Below the pieces are notes generated by a model. It did no database searches and was not told where the DNA came from. It saw nothing but the letters and a program-made list of their open reading frames with translations. From Fibrobacter sp. (GTDB taxonomy: Bacteria > Fibrobacterota > Fibrobacteria > Fibrobacterales > Fibrobacteraceae), in the NCBI GenBank assembly GCA_045616805.1, contig JAZLHK010000052.1:23140-87139 (forward strand): DNA of 64,000 nt, written 5' to 3'. This document shows positions 24,993-35,499 of the stretch, piece by piece (within the stretch, counting starts at the first letter, position 1; every line of letters starts with the position of its first letter). The position numbers and the translations under genes were made by a program.

Positions 24993-25190
24993 TTAGAAAC
25001 CCTTGCGATCCAGATCCATCATCAGAGACTGAAGGGAGTCTTCAACAGAAGTACGGAAGTCAGCAGAGCCCAGGCTGCAGCTGGCAACCACTTCGGAACC
25101 CTTAGTCACGCGAATGACAGCAAAACCGTTTTCGTTAGAAAAAGAAACGCTCAAACCTTTCTTCAAAGCCTTTTCCAACAAGTCACGCAT
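24993..25190 (-). CDS. Hypothetical small protein (65 aa)
   Basis: An ORF with its own terminator. No family recognised. Confidence 0.4.
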   Translation of the reverse strand: MRDLLEKALKKGLSVSFSNENGFAVIRVTKGSEVVASCSLGSADFRTSVEDSLQSLMMDLDRKGF

Positions 25191-25328
25191 AAAAACTCCT
25201 TTGTGTTTTTAGATAAAGAATTCAACGCCCTTAAATTAGGCTTTTTTCTTCTAAAAAACAAGTTTATTTTTGCAATTTGTACAATAATCCTTCGACTTTT
25301 GGAATTTCTATCTTATTGCAAGGATAAA

Positions 25329-26051
25329 ATGTTTGATTTTCACTTACATCTCGCCAGACTACCTGAACCAGAACGCCTTGCAGTCACACTGTATCAGCAA
25401 GGATACAGGTTTATTGCTGTCGCCTGCGAGCCCTGGGAATGGAAATCCATTAACGATTTAAAAAGTACCCACGTAAATGATGACGCATTTCAATTTCAGG
25501 TTGCATTCGGTATCCATCCCATAATTGCAAGTAAGGCCACCCCTATCCTTTTCCAGGAACTTCAAAAGTACCTTGAGCAGGACCCAACAGCGCAAGTGGG
25601 AGAAGCCGGTCTGGACAAACGCTACGAAGGATACGAACCCGGAGGTATCCAGGAACAAGTCTTTCTGGAACAAGCCCGTTTATCACTGGAACTAGATCGC
25701 GATTTGCAGATTCACTGCGTCGGGGACTATGGGCGCACCATTTGCCTATTAAAAAAGGCGGGTTACAGAAAAGACTCCACATCCCGCCCCATATTCCACC
25801 GCTTCGGCGGCGATGCTGGAATTGTACGAAACGCCCTCTCCCTAAACGCCTTATTTTCCCTTCACGCAGACAGTTTCAGAAAGAAAAGTACAGCCACCGC
25901 CATAGCGCAAGTTCCAGAAGAATTTATCCGGTTCGAAACAGATGCTGATGAAACATTTGCTCAGAATCTGGCATTAACAACAGCGGATGAATGCTGCTCA
26001 AAACTAATCGAGCGACTCAACGCTGTTCAAAATTTACTGCAGTGCAAATAG
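25329..26051 (+). CDS. TatD-family metal-dependent hydrolase
   Basis: Start MFDFHLHL (HxH motif). Also GIHP, GEAGLD, HCV, HRFGG and ETDAD motifs. Confidence 0.75.
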   Translation: MFDFHLHLARLPEPERLAVTLYQQGYRFIAVACEPWEWKSINDLKSTHVNDDAFQFQVAFGIHPIIASKATPILFQELQKYLEQDPTAQVGEAGLDKRYEGYEPGGIQEQVFLEQARLSLELDRDLQIHCVGDYGRTICLLKKAGYRKDSTSRPIFHRFGGDAGIVRNALSLNALFSLHADSFRKKSTATAIAQVPEEFIRFETDADETFAQNLALTTADECCSKLIERLNAVQNLLQCK

Positions 26052-26056
26052 AAAAA

Positions 26057-26076
26057 GGACCGGCATGAACCGGTCC
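26057..26076. terminator. Shared hairpin between convergent tatD-like and hisD genes
   Basis: GGACCGG-CATGAA-CCGGTCC flanked by A-rich and T-rich runs. Confidence 0.55.
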
Positions 26077-26087
26077 ATAAATTTGGA

Positions 26088-26118
26088 GAGATTCCGGCCT
26101 AGGAACCGGAATGACGAA
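26088..26118. repeat. REP-like hairpin, second copy
   Basis: GAGATTCCGGCCTAGGAACCGGAATGACGAA. Same flanks as 19517-19545. Confidence 0.75.
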
Positions 26119-26156
26119 AGAACTGACTCAGGGCCAGCGGAGAACTCCCCAAGCCA

Positions 26157-27446
26157 CTAAAGGCGCTTGAGAACAGCCTGTGCGTGATGGTAGAAGCCTT
26201 CTTCCATGGCCACAGCAGCAATTGCCTTGGCGTTCTTCTTGATGGCCTTCTCGCTGTAGCGGATGATGGACATGCGCTTCAGGAAGTCGTACACACCGAG
26301 TGGGCTGAAGAAGCGGCCAGTGCCGTTGGTGGGCAGCACATGGTTGGGGCCAGCGAAGTAGTCGCCCACCGGTTCAGAAGACCAGTGACCGATAAACACG
26401 GCACCAGCGTTTTCAATCTGGGCGGCCATGGATTCAGCTTCGTCGGTCATGACTTCCAGATGTTCCGGAGCGATTTTGTTTGCAATGGCAACGCCATCGA
26501 ACCAGTCCTTCACCACAAGGATACGACCGAAGTTATCCAGCACCTTCTGGAGCAGTTCCTTCTTGGGGCTGTTTTCAACTTGGACGTCTACGCAGGCAGA
26601 AATCATCTGGGCGGTTTCCATGTCGTCGGTAATGCAGATGGCGGCTTCGAAACCAGAACCGTGTTCAGCCTGGGAAAGCAGGTCTGCAGCAACGAAGTCA
26701 GGATCGGCAGTCTTGTCGGCCATGACGAGAACTTCGGAAGGGCCAGCCACCATGTCGATATCTACGACACCGAAGACTTCCTTCTTGGCAACGGCGGCGA
26801 AAACGTTACCCGGCCCCACAATCTTATCGACGCGTTCAACAATGGTCTTGCCCTTGGCGTCCTTGGCACCGTAAGCCAACAGGCCAATTGCCTGAGCACC
26901 ACCGATGTGGTAGACTTCAGTAATGCCCAGCTGCTGCAGCACGAAAGCCACGGCGCGGTTGATTTCGCCCTTGATGGGGGTCACCACAACGATGTCCTGA
27001 ACACCGGCAACGAGAGCGGGCACTGCGTTCATGATCACGGTGCTGGGGTAAATGCCTGCGCCACCGGGAACATAGAGGCCAACGCGCTTCATGGGGCGGA
27101 TACGCTGACCAAGAACCACGCCGTCCTTCCCTTCCATGAGCCAGGATTCTTCCATCTGGTTCTGGTGGAAATCGCGGACGTTCTTGATGGCCTGCTTGAG
27201 AGCCTTCTGCAAATCGGCGGGGCACTTGGCGGCAGACTTTGCAATTTCCTTTTCAGAGACGCGGATATTCTTGCGTTCAAGACCATCGAACTTTTGGGCA
27301 TATTCTACGGCCTTGGCGTAGCCGCCCTTCTTGATGTCGGCAAGGATGTCTACAACCTTGTTATAAATCTCGCGGCTGGGAGCAACTTCGCGACCGCAAA
27401 TGCGTTCAATTTCCTTAGAATTAGGAGTAGCCTTAACTATTTGCAT
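26157..27446 (-). CDS. hisD: Histidinol dehydrogenase
   Basis: 429 aa. Full-length HisD-like sequence (…GPGNVFAAVAKKEVFG.VDIDMVAGPSE…). Confidence 0.92.
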   Translation of the reverse strand: MQIVKATPNSKEIERICGREVAPSREIYNKVVDILADIKKGGYAKAVEYAQKFDGLERKNIRVSEKEIAKSAAKCPADLQKALKQAIKNVRDFHQNQMEESWLMEGKDGVVLGQRIRPMKRVGLYVPGGAGIYPSTVIMNAVPALVAGVQDIVVVTPIKGEINRAVAFVLQQLGITEVYHIGGAQAIGLLAYGAKDAKGKTIVERVDKIVGPGNVFAAVAKKEVFGVVDIDMVAGPSEVLVMADKTADPDFVAADLLSQAEHGSGFEAAICITDDMETAQMISACVDVQVENSPKKELLQKVLDNFGRILVVKDWFDGVAIANKIAPEHLEVMTDEAESMAAQIENAGAVFIGHWSSEPVGDYFAGPNHVLPTNGTGRFFSPLGVYDFLKRMSIIRYSEKAIKKNAKAIAAVAMEEGFYHHAQAVLKRL

Positions 27447-29011
27447 TTCTTAGTTTCCTTCAAAATCTTGTAGCACAGACCGTCCATCAAGGCAAGCCAG
27501 CTGGCTTCGATGATGTTGGTGCTGACGCCTGCCACATTCCAATGTTCCTTGTCGTCGCCGAAGGTTGTCCACACGCGGACCAGAGCGTCGGAACCTACGG
27601 AAGAACCCAGAACGCGGACCTTAAAGTCGTCCAGCCGGACCTTGGCCATATACGGGAAGAAGGGCTGCAAAGCCTTGCGGAGAGCCGCATCCAGAGCGTT
27701 CACCGGACCGTCGCCTTCGCTCACCTGATGGCTGATCTTGTCGCCAATCTTCAGCTTGACGCTGGCCTGGGAAACAGACACACCTTGCGGGGTCTTGTCT
27801 TCGGTGACGCGGTAGTTCATGAATTCAAAGGGTGCGGTGAACATGCCCAGCTGACGATACACCAGCATCTTGAAGCTGGCTTCGGCGGAGTCGAAGTGCC
27901 AGCCGGCGTTTTCCTTTTCCTTGATGGCGAGCAAAAGCTTTGCCACCATGGGATCCTTCTTGTCGATGCCCGGCTTAATGGCCTTCAGCTTTTCTACAAC
28001 CAGAGAGCCGCCAGCCTGATCGCTGGTGACGAACACACGGTCGTTGCCGATGGAGTGGGGGTCCACATGTTCGAAACTGCGGGACACCTTCATGACTCCA
28101 TCGATGTGTGCTCCGCCCTTATGGGCAAAGGCAGCCTCGCCCACGTACGGTGCGCGGACATCGCTAGCCAGATTCACAATCTGATCGACGCTGAGGAACA
28201 GCTTGCGAAGTCCAGCCATCTTCTTGGCGGCAAAGAATTTTACGCCCATCTTGAAGTTGAGGTCAGCCATGATGGTGGTGAGGTTTGCGTTACCGCAACG
28301 TTCACCGTAACCGTTGATGACGCCCTGGATCATTTCTGCACCGGACTTTACGGCGTAGATGCTGTTGGCCACAGCAAGGCCAGAGTCGTTATGCACATGG
28401 ATACCCAGAGGAACATCAACCACATCCTTAACGGCATCAAAAATTTCTTCCAGTTCCCACGGCATGGTTCCGCCGTTGGTATCGCAAAGCACGATGAAGT
28501 CTGCACCACCGAGGGCAGCTGCCTTCAGGGTTTCAAGAGCGTATTCCGGATTAGCCTTATAGCCGTCGAAGAAATGTTCGGCGTCGTAAATGACCTCCTT
28601 GGAATGTTCCTTCAAAAATTCGATGGAAGACTGGATCATGTCCAGGTTTTCTTCCAGTGTGGTATGAATGACATCCGTAACGTGGAGGTCCCAGCTCTTG
28701 CCGAAGATGGTCTTCACGGGAGCTTCGGACTTTACCAGAGCCTGGAGCAGCGGATCCTTCTCAGGAAGGATCTTCGGACGACGGGTGCTGCCGAATGCAG
28801 CGATCTTGGCGTGCTTCAGCTTAAGCTTCTTGACTTCGCGGAAGTATTCTTCGTCGGTGGGATTGCTGGGGTTAGGCCAGCCGCCTTCAATGTAATCAAT
28901 ACCGAAAGAGTCAAGAATTCGAGTAATCTGGAGTTTGTCGGCCAGAGAGAGACTAATCTTGCGATCTTGATTGCCGTCGCGCAGCGTGGTGTCATAGATA
29001 AAACATTTCAT
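27437..29011 (-). CDS. cimA: Citramalate synthase / 2-isopropylmalate synthase family (CimA-like)
   Basis: 524 aa. YDTTLRDGNQ, HMGL-like TIM barrel and C-terminal LeuA-dimer-like domain. Overlaps hisD by 10 nt. Confidence 0.75.
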   Translation of the reverse strand: MKCFIYDTTLRDGNQDRKISLSLADKLQITRILDSFGIDYIEGGWPNPSNPTDEEYFREVKKLKLKHAKIAAFGSTRRPKILPEKDPLLQALVKSEAPVKTIFGKSWDLHVTDVIHTTLEENLDMIQSSIEFLKEHSKEVIYDAEHFFDGYKANPEYALETLKAAALGGADFIVLCDTNGGTMPWELEEIFDAVKDVVDVPLGIHVHNDSGLAVANSIYAVKSGAEMIQGVINGYGERCGNANLTTIMADLNFKMGVKFFAAKKMAGLRKLFLSVDQIVNLASDVRAPYVGEAAFAHKGGAHIDGVMKVSRSFEHVDPHSIGNDRVFVTSDQAGGSLVVEKLKAIKPGIDKKDPMVAKLLLAIKEKENAGWHFDSAEASFKMLVYRQLGMFTAPFEFMNYRVTEDKTPQGVSVSQASVKLKIGDKISHQVSEGDGPVNALDAALRKALQPFFPYMAKVRLDDFKVRVLGSSVGSDALVRVWTTFGDDKEHWNVAGVSTNIIEASWLALMDGLCYKILKETKKCK

Positions 29012-29026
29012 GAGCGCAAAGATAGA

Positions 29027-29075
29027 AAAGTGATTAGTGATTAGAGGTTAGTGATTAGAATTGTAGATAGAGAAT
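29027..29075. repeat. Heptad array (TTAGTGA type)
   Basis: Units in one register: AAAGTGA TTAGTGA TTAGAGG TTAGTGA TTAGAAT TGTAGAT AGAGAAT. Confidence 0.85.
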
Positions 29076-29123
29076 TGCAAAAGAAAAGCGGCCTTATTAA
29101 GGGTTATTTGGTTTTAGTGGCTG

Positions 29124-29157
29124 GAAAAAAAGAGAGCCGGGTTATACCCATGCTCTC
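29124..29157 (-). terminator. Rho-independent terminator after the tyrosine-kinase gene
   Basis: Stem GAGAGC/GCTCTC followed by T7 on the minus strand. Confidence 0.7.
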
Positions 29158-29199
29158 GTCTTGTTTATATGGGGGTTCAAACCCACTATTATATTTTGA

Positions 29200-31353
29200 C
29201 TACTTCTTCTTTTTCTTGCTATAGTAACCATACTTGCCGTAGTAGCCATAACCACCATAGCCATGAACCTCATGTTCACAATGGTTCATAACAAAGGCAT
29301 GAGGCCTACTACCACTACGTTCAACCTTCATCATGGATTCCTTAATCTGTTCCATGGAGTGGCGACCATAGTGAAGCACGAACAAAGCAAAGTCAACATG
29401 AGGGTAAATCAATTCTGAATCCGTCACCAGATTCAGAGGCGGAGTATCGATAATGACAATGTCATATTCAGTCTTTGCCAACTCCAGCATATTCTTGAAG
29501 TTTTCTCCACGAAGAAGTTCACTGGGAGAAACTTCGCTATTTCCAGCACCAAGGACAAACAGGTTTTCAATGGATGAATCAGAAATAGCATTGTCCAAAG
29601 TCTTACGACCAGAAAGAACCTCACTCAGGCCATAAGGCTTTTTGCTATAGATGACGCCGCGACGCATATCGGCATCAATAATCAATGTTTTCTTTCCAGA
29701 ACCAGCATACAGGGATGCAATATTCTTGGAAACAAATGATTTACCTACACCAGGAATCATTCCGGAGACCATAACGACCTTTTTATCGTTAATGGTAAAA
29801 TCAATTGCCGTATAAAGAGAACGCAAGGCTTCACTGGCCGGATCATCAGGATTGGCAATCACCATGGGAACATACTTTGAACTCATACGGTGCTTGCGCC
29901 CAATCTTACCATTTGCAGATTCAGGGATCTTTGCGTAGACGCTGACTCCAGTTTCCCTCTCAATTTCAAGGGAACTGCGAACCCCACGTCTCATCATCTG
30001 CAGGAGATAAATGAGAAGCGCCCCAAAGAGGAATGCTCCAGCAACACAGCCTGCAAAGATAATTTTCTTGTTCGGCTTGCTGGGACGACGTTCAATTTGG
30101 GCGAAGTCAACAACACGAACGTTGCCCACCTCGCCGGCACGAACCACGCGAAGCTGCTGAATATTGTTCAGCATGGAGGTATACTGAGCATTGTTCACTG
30201 CAACTTCCTCTTGCAGGCGGAAAACTTCCTGTTGAGTCAAAGGCATAGATTCTGCAGAAGAACGAAGCTTGGAAAGTTCGGCGCGAAGACGATTCTGCTG
30301 TTTTGCAATGGTAACAACAGTGGGATGTTCTTCCTTGAACAGACGAGTGGCTTCCTGGCGCTGCTGTTCCAACTGGAGAATCTGTCTCTGCAAATCAGCT
30401 TCCTTTTCCAGATGGGCGCGAGTTTCTCCGGTCATGTCCACAGAACCAATCTTGTGTCGGTAATTGGCCAGTTTCTGTTCTGCAGAATCCAATTTAGCCT
30501 TCACCCCCGGCAGCTGCTGCTCCAGAAATTCCAAGGTCTTTTCGGCTTCAGCACTGCGCATTTCCACATTCTGACGCAGGTAAATATTTGCAATGGAGTT
30601 CAGGATAGATGCTGCACGATCCGGATACTGATGAGTATAGGACACACCAATGATTCCTGTCTGCTTTCCCTTTTCAGCAACGTTCAGGGACTTTACCAAT
30701 CCTCGCATTGCATCCAGAGGATCAGACTGGACAAGGGAGAAAAGCTGACCAGGTTCGGCGCGTAACATCTTCACATTAATTTCGAGTGTATCGCCAGCGT
30801 AGGGAGCTTTTACATTGTCCCCTACCTTACCCTTAACCAATTCAGTTTCTTCCGGGGTAATTACCACATATTCATCAGCAGAAATGACCTTAGCCATCCA
30901 GGGATCTGCAATAGCCACCTCAGGAATATGCAGATTTTCCAGATCCATGCGACCTTCCCTGTGAGTCAACCTCTTGAGGGCTCCTTTCGGGAATGCACTA
31001 AAGCAAAGGCGTTCCTGATCCACCACATAGCTCAAAACCATGCGGCTCTTCAAAAGTTCAATTTCAGCTTCAGCAGGGCTAGCAACATCGAGCAAGGCTC
31101 CCATTTCGCCCATGGCCTTCCCCGCCTTATTCCCCTTCACATCAATCTGCAAAAGGGCATCACTGGTATATTGAGGACGCATCCAGTTGGAAGCCAGGAA
31201 ACCTGCAATGCAGCCAAGAATAATGCAGAATACCAGGAAGGCCTTGTATTTCAGCAGAATGCCCAAGACCTCTAGCAGGTCAATTTCATCATCATTGCTG
31301 ACCGGCTGAGGAATTGCATTATTCGGAGCCATGTTATTCGAATTTAAATCCAT
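29200..31353 (-). CDS. Polysaccharide co-polymerase / tyrosine autokinase (Wzc/GumC-like)
   Basis: Start MDLNSNN at 31353. Wzz-type N-terminus with TM segments and a coiled coil. Walker A is GMIPGVGKSF. The C-terminal Tyr cluster is HGYGGYGYYGKYGYY. Confidence 0.85.
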   Translation of the reverse strand: MDLNSNNMAPNNAIPQPVSNDDEIDLLEVLGILLKYKAFLVFCIILGCIAGFLASNWMRPQYTSDALLQIDVKGNKAGKAMGEMGALLDVASPAEAEIELLKSRMVLSYVVDQERLCFSAFPKGALKRLTHREGRMDLENLHIPEVAIADPWMAKVISADEYVVITPEETELVKGKVGDNVKAPYAGDTLEINVKMLRAEPGQLFSLVQSDPLDAMRGLVKSLNVAEKGKQTGIIGVSYTHQYPDRAASILNSIANIYLRQNVEMRSAEAEKTLEFLEQQLPGVKAKLDSAEQKLANYRHKIGSVDMTGETRAHLEKEADLQRQILQLEQQRQEATRLFKEEHPTVVTIAKQQNRLRAELSKLRSSAESMPLTQQEVFRLQEEVAVNNAQYTSMLNNIQQLRVVRAGEVGNVRVVDFAQIERRPSKPNKKIIFAGCVAGAFLFGALLIYLLQMMRRGVRSSLEIERETGVSVYAKIPESANGKIGRKHRMSSKYVPMVIANPDDPASEALRSLYTAIDFTINDKKVVMVSGMIPGVGKSFVSKNIASLYAGSGKKTLIIDADMRRGVIYSKKPYGLSEVLSGRKTLDNAISDSSIENLFVLGAGNSEVSPSELLRGENFKNMLELAKTEYDIVIIDTPPLNLVTDSELIYPHVDFALFVLHYGRHSMEQIKESMMKVERSGSRPHAFVMNHCEHEVHGYGGYGYYGKYGYYSKKKKK

Positions 31354-31395
31354 CAAAATACCTAAGGGAAACTTTCTCTTTCTTTTCGGTAAAAT

Positions 31396-31428
31396 ATAAA
31401 AAAGCCCCACCCCTAAAAGGAATGGGAC
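31396..31428 (-). terminator. Candidate terminator after adk
   Basis: On the minus strand, CCCATTCC-TTTTA-GGGGTGGG (with G-U pairs) is followed by CTTTTTT. Confidence 0.45.
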
Positions 31429-31452
31429 TTTTCAAAAGCAAGCAAAAATGGA

Positions 31453-32115
31453 TTACTTGCTCTTCTTCTTAGCAGGAGCCTTCTTTGCAGCAGCCTTCTT
31501 AGCCGGCTTTGCAGCCTTGGCAGAAGCCTTGCAGAAGTCAACGTATGCCTTCAGCACGTCGCAGAACACTTCGTCCGGAGTGTTGTCGCCAACGATGTGG
31601 GAGATGATCTTCTTGTTGTACTTGGAAAGAACCTTGGCGGTGGATTCCTTGTAAACCTTGAGACGGTTCTTGATGACGTTTTCATCAGCGTCGTCCTTAC
31701 GGCCTTCGATCTTGGCACGGTTCAGGAGGCGAGCAACGATGGTTGCTTCGTCCTTGATGTCGAGAACGAAAATGTGCTTAACATCAACGATGGATTCAAT
31801 GAGCTTCACCTGTTCAACGGTACGAGGAATGCCGTCCAGGAGGAGGGTATCCTTTTCCGGGTTCAGCTTGTTGGTGTTCACCAGGCCTTCAACATAGCGG
31901 CCGAAGATTTCGACGGTAGCTTCGTTAGGAACCAGGAGGCCCTTGCTGGAATAGGAAGCGAGGAGCTTGCCAGATTCGCTGGAGGGAGCGATGCCGCGGA
32001 AGATGTCACCAGTGGAGAGGTGCTTCAGAGAAGTGGTAGCAGCGAGCTTTGCGCCCACAGTGCCCTTACCGGAACCCGGTGCACCGAAGATAAGAACGGC
32101 AGAAATCTTTGCCAT
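31453..32115 (-). CDS. adk: Adenylate kinase family protein (short-lid type) with a Lys/Ala-rich histone-H1-like C-terminal tail
   Basis: RBS AAGGAAA precedes the start MAKISAVLIFGAPGSGKGT (P-loop). LLLDGIPRT is present. The tail is KASAKAAKPAKKAAAKKAPAKKKSK. Confidence 0.8.
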   Translation of the reverse strand: MAKISAVLIFGAPGSGKGTVGAKLAATTSLKHLSTGDIFRGIAPSSESGKLLASYSSKGLLVPNEATVEIFGRYVEGLVNTNKLNPEKDTLLLDGIPRTVEQVKLIESIVDVKHIFVLDIKDEATIVARLLNRAKIEGRKDDADENVIKNRLKVYKESTAKVLSKYNKKIISHIVGDNTPDEVFCDVLKAYVDFCKASAKAAKPAKKAAAKKAPAKKKSK

Positions 32116-32173
32116 GATGTTTTCCTTTGTTGATTGTTTGAAATTTTTCAAGCCCAATTATAGAAAAGTTCCC

Positions 32174-34693
32174 TTAACTAGGCAATGCCTCGGAAGTGAA
32201 CTTCAGTTTTCCGTCTTCCACGTCAATGGTGATGGTCGAGAAATCCTTATAGATCCCCAAGAGGAGGCCTTCCGCAATTTCATCTTCCACCAGATTCTGG
32301 ATAGAACGGCGAATAGGACGGGCTCCCAAGGCGGAATCATAATTGTGGTTGACAATGAGTTCCTTGGCAGCCTGTGAAATTTCCAGCAGGATGCCGCGCT
32401 CTGAAATGTTCTTCTGAAGGAAGCCCATCTGAATATCCACCACGGACACAAGATTCTTCTTGCTGAGGGCGCGGAATACAATCTGTTCATCAATACGGTT
32501 CAGGAATTCCGGAGAGAACACACGCTTGACTTCTTCACGAATGGCCGTTTCCATACGTTCGTAATCGTCGGTCTCCCCCATCTTGGTGAAGCCCATACCA
32601 GAACTGTGGCGAACTTCGCGAGCGCCTGCGTTACTGGTCATGATAATGATGGTATTCTTGAAGTTAATCTTGCGGCCATAGCTATCCGTAAGGATACCAT
32701 CGTCCAGAATCTGGAGCAACAAGTTATAAATGTCCGGATGAGCCTTTTCAATTTCGTCCAGAAGCACCACAGAATAGGGATGCTTGCGGACCTTCTCGGA
32801 AAGCTGTCCACCACCATCTTCGAAGCCCACATATCCCGGAGGAGCACCGATAAGGCGGCTAATACTATGCTTTTCCATGTATTCGCTCATGTCTATACGA
32901 ATCATGGAATCTTCGCTACCAAACAGGCTCTGGCTCAAAACCTTTGCAAGTTCAGTCTTACCAACACCGGTGGGTCCCAGGAACAGGAAACTGCCCATGG
33001 GGCGCTTGGTGCTACGAATACCTGCACGGGTTCGGCGAATGGATTTTACAATGGCATCCACAGCTTCATCCTGACCGATGACGCGCTGCTTAATTTCATC
33101 GCCAAGATGTAGAAGTCTCTGGGCTTCTTCTCCGGCAAGGCGGCTAACGGGAATACCCGTCATCTTGCTAATGACATCACGAATGTCGTTTTCATCCACC
33201 GTGGGAATTTCTTCGCCTTCGGCCTGCAACTGCTTCTTGCGTTCCGCAATGCGATTCTGCAGGTCCTCTTCCTGAGCGCGTTCCCTGGCCGCCGTTTCAA
33301 AGTCCTGATTGGCAACAGCATCTTCCTTGCGTTCCACAGAAGCTGCCAACTCGTCTTCCATGTCCTGCAGATCCTGCGGAACCTTAATGGAATTGAGGCG
33401 AACACGGGCGCCAGCTTCATCAAGAACGTCGATAGCCTTATCCGGCAAGAAGCGTTCACTGATATAGCGTTCGCCCAGGGTTACTGCCGCACGGATGGCG
33501 TTAGGAGTATAATGAACCTTATGGTGCTGTTCATATTTTGCACGGAGACCTTCCAGAATCTGGACAGAATCTTCAGCGTTGGGCGGATTTACCACAATGG
33601 TCTGGAAACGGCGTTCCAGGGCAGCATCCTTCTCTATATACTTGCGGTATTCATCAAAGGTTGTTGCCCCAATGCACTGGAGTTCACCGCGGGCAAGAGC
33701 AGGCTTGAAAATATTGGAAGCATCCAGGCTTCCCTCAGAGCCTCCAGCACCAACGATGGTGTGAAGTTCGTCAATGAACAGGATAACGGAATTACCGACG
33801 CGCTGAAGTTCCATGATAAGGCCCTTCACGCGTTCCTCAAACTGGCCACGGTACTTTGTACCAGCCACCATGGCCGCAACATCCAAGGTCACCACGCGCT
33901 TGTTGGCCAGAAGATCGGGAATCTTTTTCTGCACAATCTTCTGAGCAAGGCCTTCAATAATGGCAGTCTTACCGACACCCGGCTCACCAATGAGAGCAGG
34001 ATTGTTCTTCTTACGACGACAGAGAATCTGGATTAGACGTTCAATTTCAGCCTCGCGCCCGATAATCGGATCAAGTTTACCTGCGCGGGCCATGGCAGTC
34101 AAGTCGCGACCGAAATGTTCCAGAATCGGAGTCTTGGAACGGGAACTAGGACGGGCATCACGAGGAGCAGCGCCTCCTTGAGGGTACGGACGTCCCTGAG
34201 GTTCGCCCTCCCCTTCTTCGGGAGTGTCATCGGATCCGTTATGCTTCAGCTGGTCCAGCGCCTGCTGGAAATTCTCGTAAGTTACGTTATACGTAGAAAG
34301 GGTTGCTGCCGCAGGAGAATCCGACTGTTGCAAAATGGCAAGCATCAGATGTTCAGGTCCAATGTACTGGTCCCCTTCATTCTTGGCAATCTTTGCCGCA
34401 TTGAAAAGGACAGCCTTTGTGCGAGCGGTAAAGGAAAGAAGACCACCATGGTTATCACCACCGACAGTCATGATACCGCCATCATTGGTCAAGTTCTTCT
34501 GAACAATTTCAGCCAGTTCGTTCAAGTTTACATGGAGCACTCTCAATGTTTCCGCAGCAAAGCCGGAATCTTCACGGACAAGACCGAGAAGCAAATGCTC
34601 CACAGTAATGCTGTCACTTCCCAAATTACGAGCCGCCATTCGGGCAGCCTGCATAACAGCTTTTGCCTTTGCCGAAAAAAGACCATCAGACAT
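32174..34693 (-). CDS. clpC: Clp/Hsp100 AAA+ chaperone (ClpC/ClpA type)
   Basis: 839 aa with Clp_N repeats and two AAA modules ([10 protein letters not shown]; [12 protein letters not shown]). Confidence 0.9.
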   Translation of the reverse strand: MSDGLFSAKAKAVMQAARMAARNLGSDSITVEHLLLGLVREDSGFAAETLRVLHVNLNELAEIVQKNLTNDGGIMTVGGDNHGGLLSFTARTKAVLFNAAKIAKNEGDQYIGPEHLMLAILQQSDSPAAATLSTYNVTYENFQQALDQLKHNGSDDTPEEGEGEPQGRPYPQGGAAPRDARPSSRSKTPILEHFGRDLTAMARAGKLDPIIGREAEIERLIQILCRRKKNNPALIGEPGVGKTAIIEGLAQKIVQKKIPDLLANKRVVTLDVAAMVAGTKYRGQFEERVKGLIMELQRVGNSVILFIDELHTIVGAGGSEGSLDASNIFKPALARGELQCIGATTFDEYRKYIEKDAALERRFQTIVVNPPNAEDSVQILEGLRAKYEQHHKVHYTPNAIRAAVTLGERYISERFLPDKAIDVLDEAGARVRLNSIKVPQDLQDMEDELAASVERKEDAVANQDFETAARERAQEEDLQNRIAERKKQLQAEGEEIPTVDENDIRDVISKMTGIPVSRLAGEEAQRLLHLGDEIKQRVIGQDEAVDAIVKSIRRTRAGIRSTKRPMGSFLFLGPTGVGKTELAKVLSQSLFGSEDSMIRIDMSEYMEKHSISRLIGAPPGYVGFEDGGGQLSEKVRKHPYSVVLLDEIEKAHPDIYNLLLQILDDGILTDSYGRKINFKNTIIIMTSNAGAREVRHSSGMGFTKMGETDDYERMETAIREEVKRVFSPEFLNRIDEQIVFRALSKKNLVSVVDIQMGFLQKNISERGILLEISQAAKELIVNHNYDSALGARPIRRSIQNLVEDEIAEGLLLGIYKDFSTITIDVEDGKLKFTSEALPS

Positions 34694-34703
34694 AATTGTG
34701 CTC

Positions 34704-35447
34704 CTATTCGATACTTTGAATCAGGCCATTGTGCATCACCACACGACGCTTGGCAAAGGAAGCCAGCTTTTCATCGTGAGTCACAATCAGGAAAGCCTGA
34801 TTAAACTTTTCATTCAATTCACCAAAGAGTTCATTCAGTTTTGCAGAATTTGCCTCATCCAGATTGCCGCTGGGTTCATCCGCCAGAATCAAGTCCGGAT
34901 GATTCATCAGGGCGCGGGCAATGGCAATGCGCTGGCGTTCACCGCCGGAAAGTTCACGGGGCAAGTGCTTTAGGCGATCCTTCAGGCCAACCGTCTCCAA
35001 AAGCATTTCTGCACGTTCACGGCATTCTGCCTCGCTGGTTCCAAGAATCCGACCAGGAACACAAACGTTTTCCAGAGCAGAAAATTCGCTGAGCAGGTGA
35101 TGGAACTGGAAAACAAATCCAACCTGCATACGATGGTACATGTCCCGTTCGTAGCCACTGAACTGAGAAAGAGCCTTGCCCTTAAAATAGATTTCACCAG
35201 AACTAGGAGTATCCAGCATACCCACCAGGTTTAGGAAGGTTGATTTTCCAGAACCGGAAGAACCCGTAAGAGCTACCAGTTCCCCCACGTTCATGGAGAA
35301 GTTTACACCCTTCAGGATTTCAAGCTTTTCGCCCGTCTCGCTGAAAACTCTGCGAAGATCACGAGTTTCTAATAAGTATTCAGTCTTGAGCAGTGAGCCC
35401 GCGCTTTCAGCGCTATGAGGAACGTCCATCGTTGCATCTAAATTCAT
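34704..35447 (-). CDS. lolD: Lipoprotein-releasing ABC transporter ATP-binding protein
   Basis: Walker A GSSGSGKST, signature LSGGERQR and Walker B ILADEP. Adjacent to a LolE-like permease. Confidence 0.8.
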   Translation of the reverse strand: MNLDATMDVPHSAESAGSLLKTEYLLETRDLRRVFSETGEKLEILKGVNFSMNVGELVALTGSSGSGKSTFLNLVGMLDTPSSGEIYFKGKALSQFSGYERDMYHRMQVGFVFQFHHLLSEFSALENVCVPGRILGTSEAECRERAEMLLETVGLKDRLKHLPRELSGGERQRIAIARALMNHPDLILADEPSGNLDEANSAKLNELFGELNEKFNQAFLIVTHDEKLASFAKRRVVMHNGLIQSIE

Positions 35448-35471
35448 GTTCTACCTAAATAACTCGATATT

Positions 35472-35499
35472 TTCACAACTCAATACTCATAGCTCATCG
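35472..35499 (-). repeat. Heptad array (NNNTGAG type) immediately after the lolE stop
   Basis: The minus strand reads TAG-CGATGAG-CTATGAG-TATTGAG-TTGTGAA. Confidence 0.85.
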
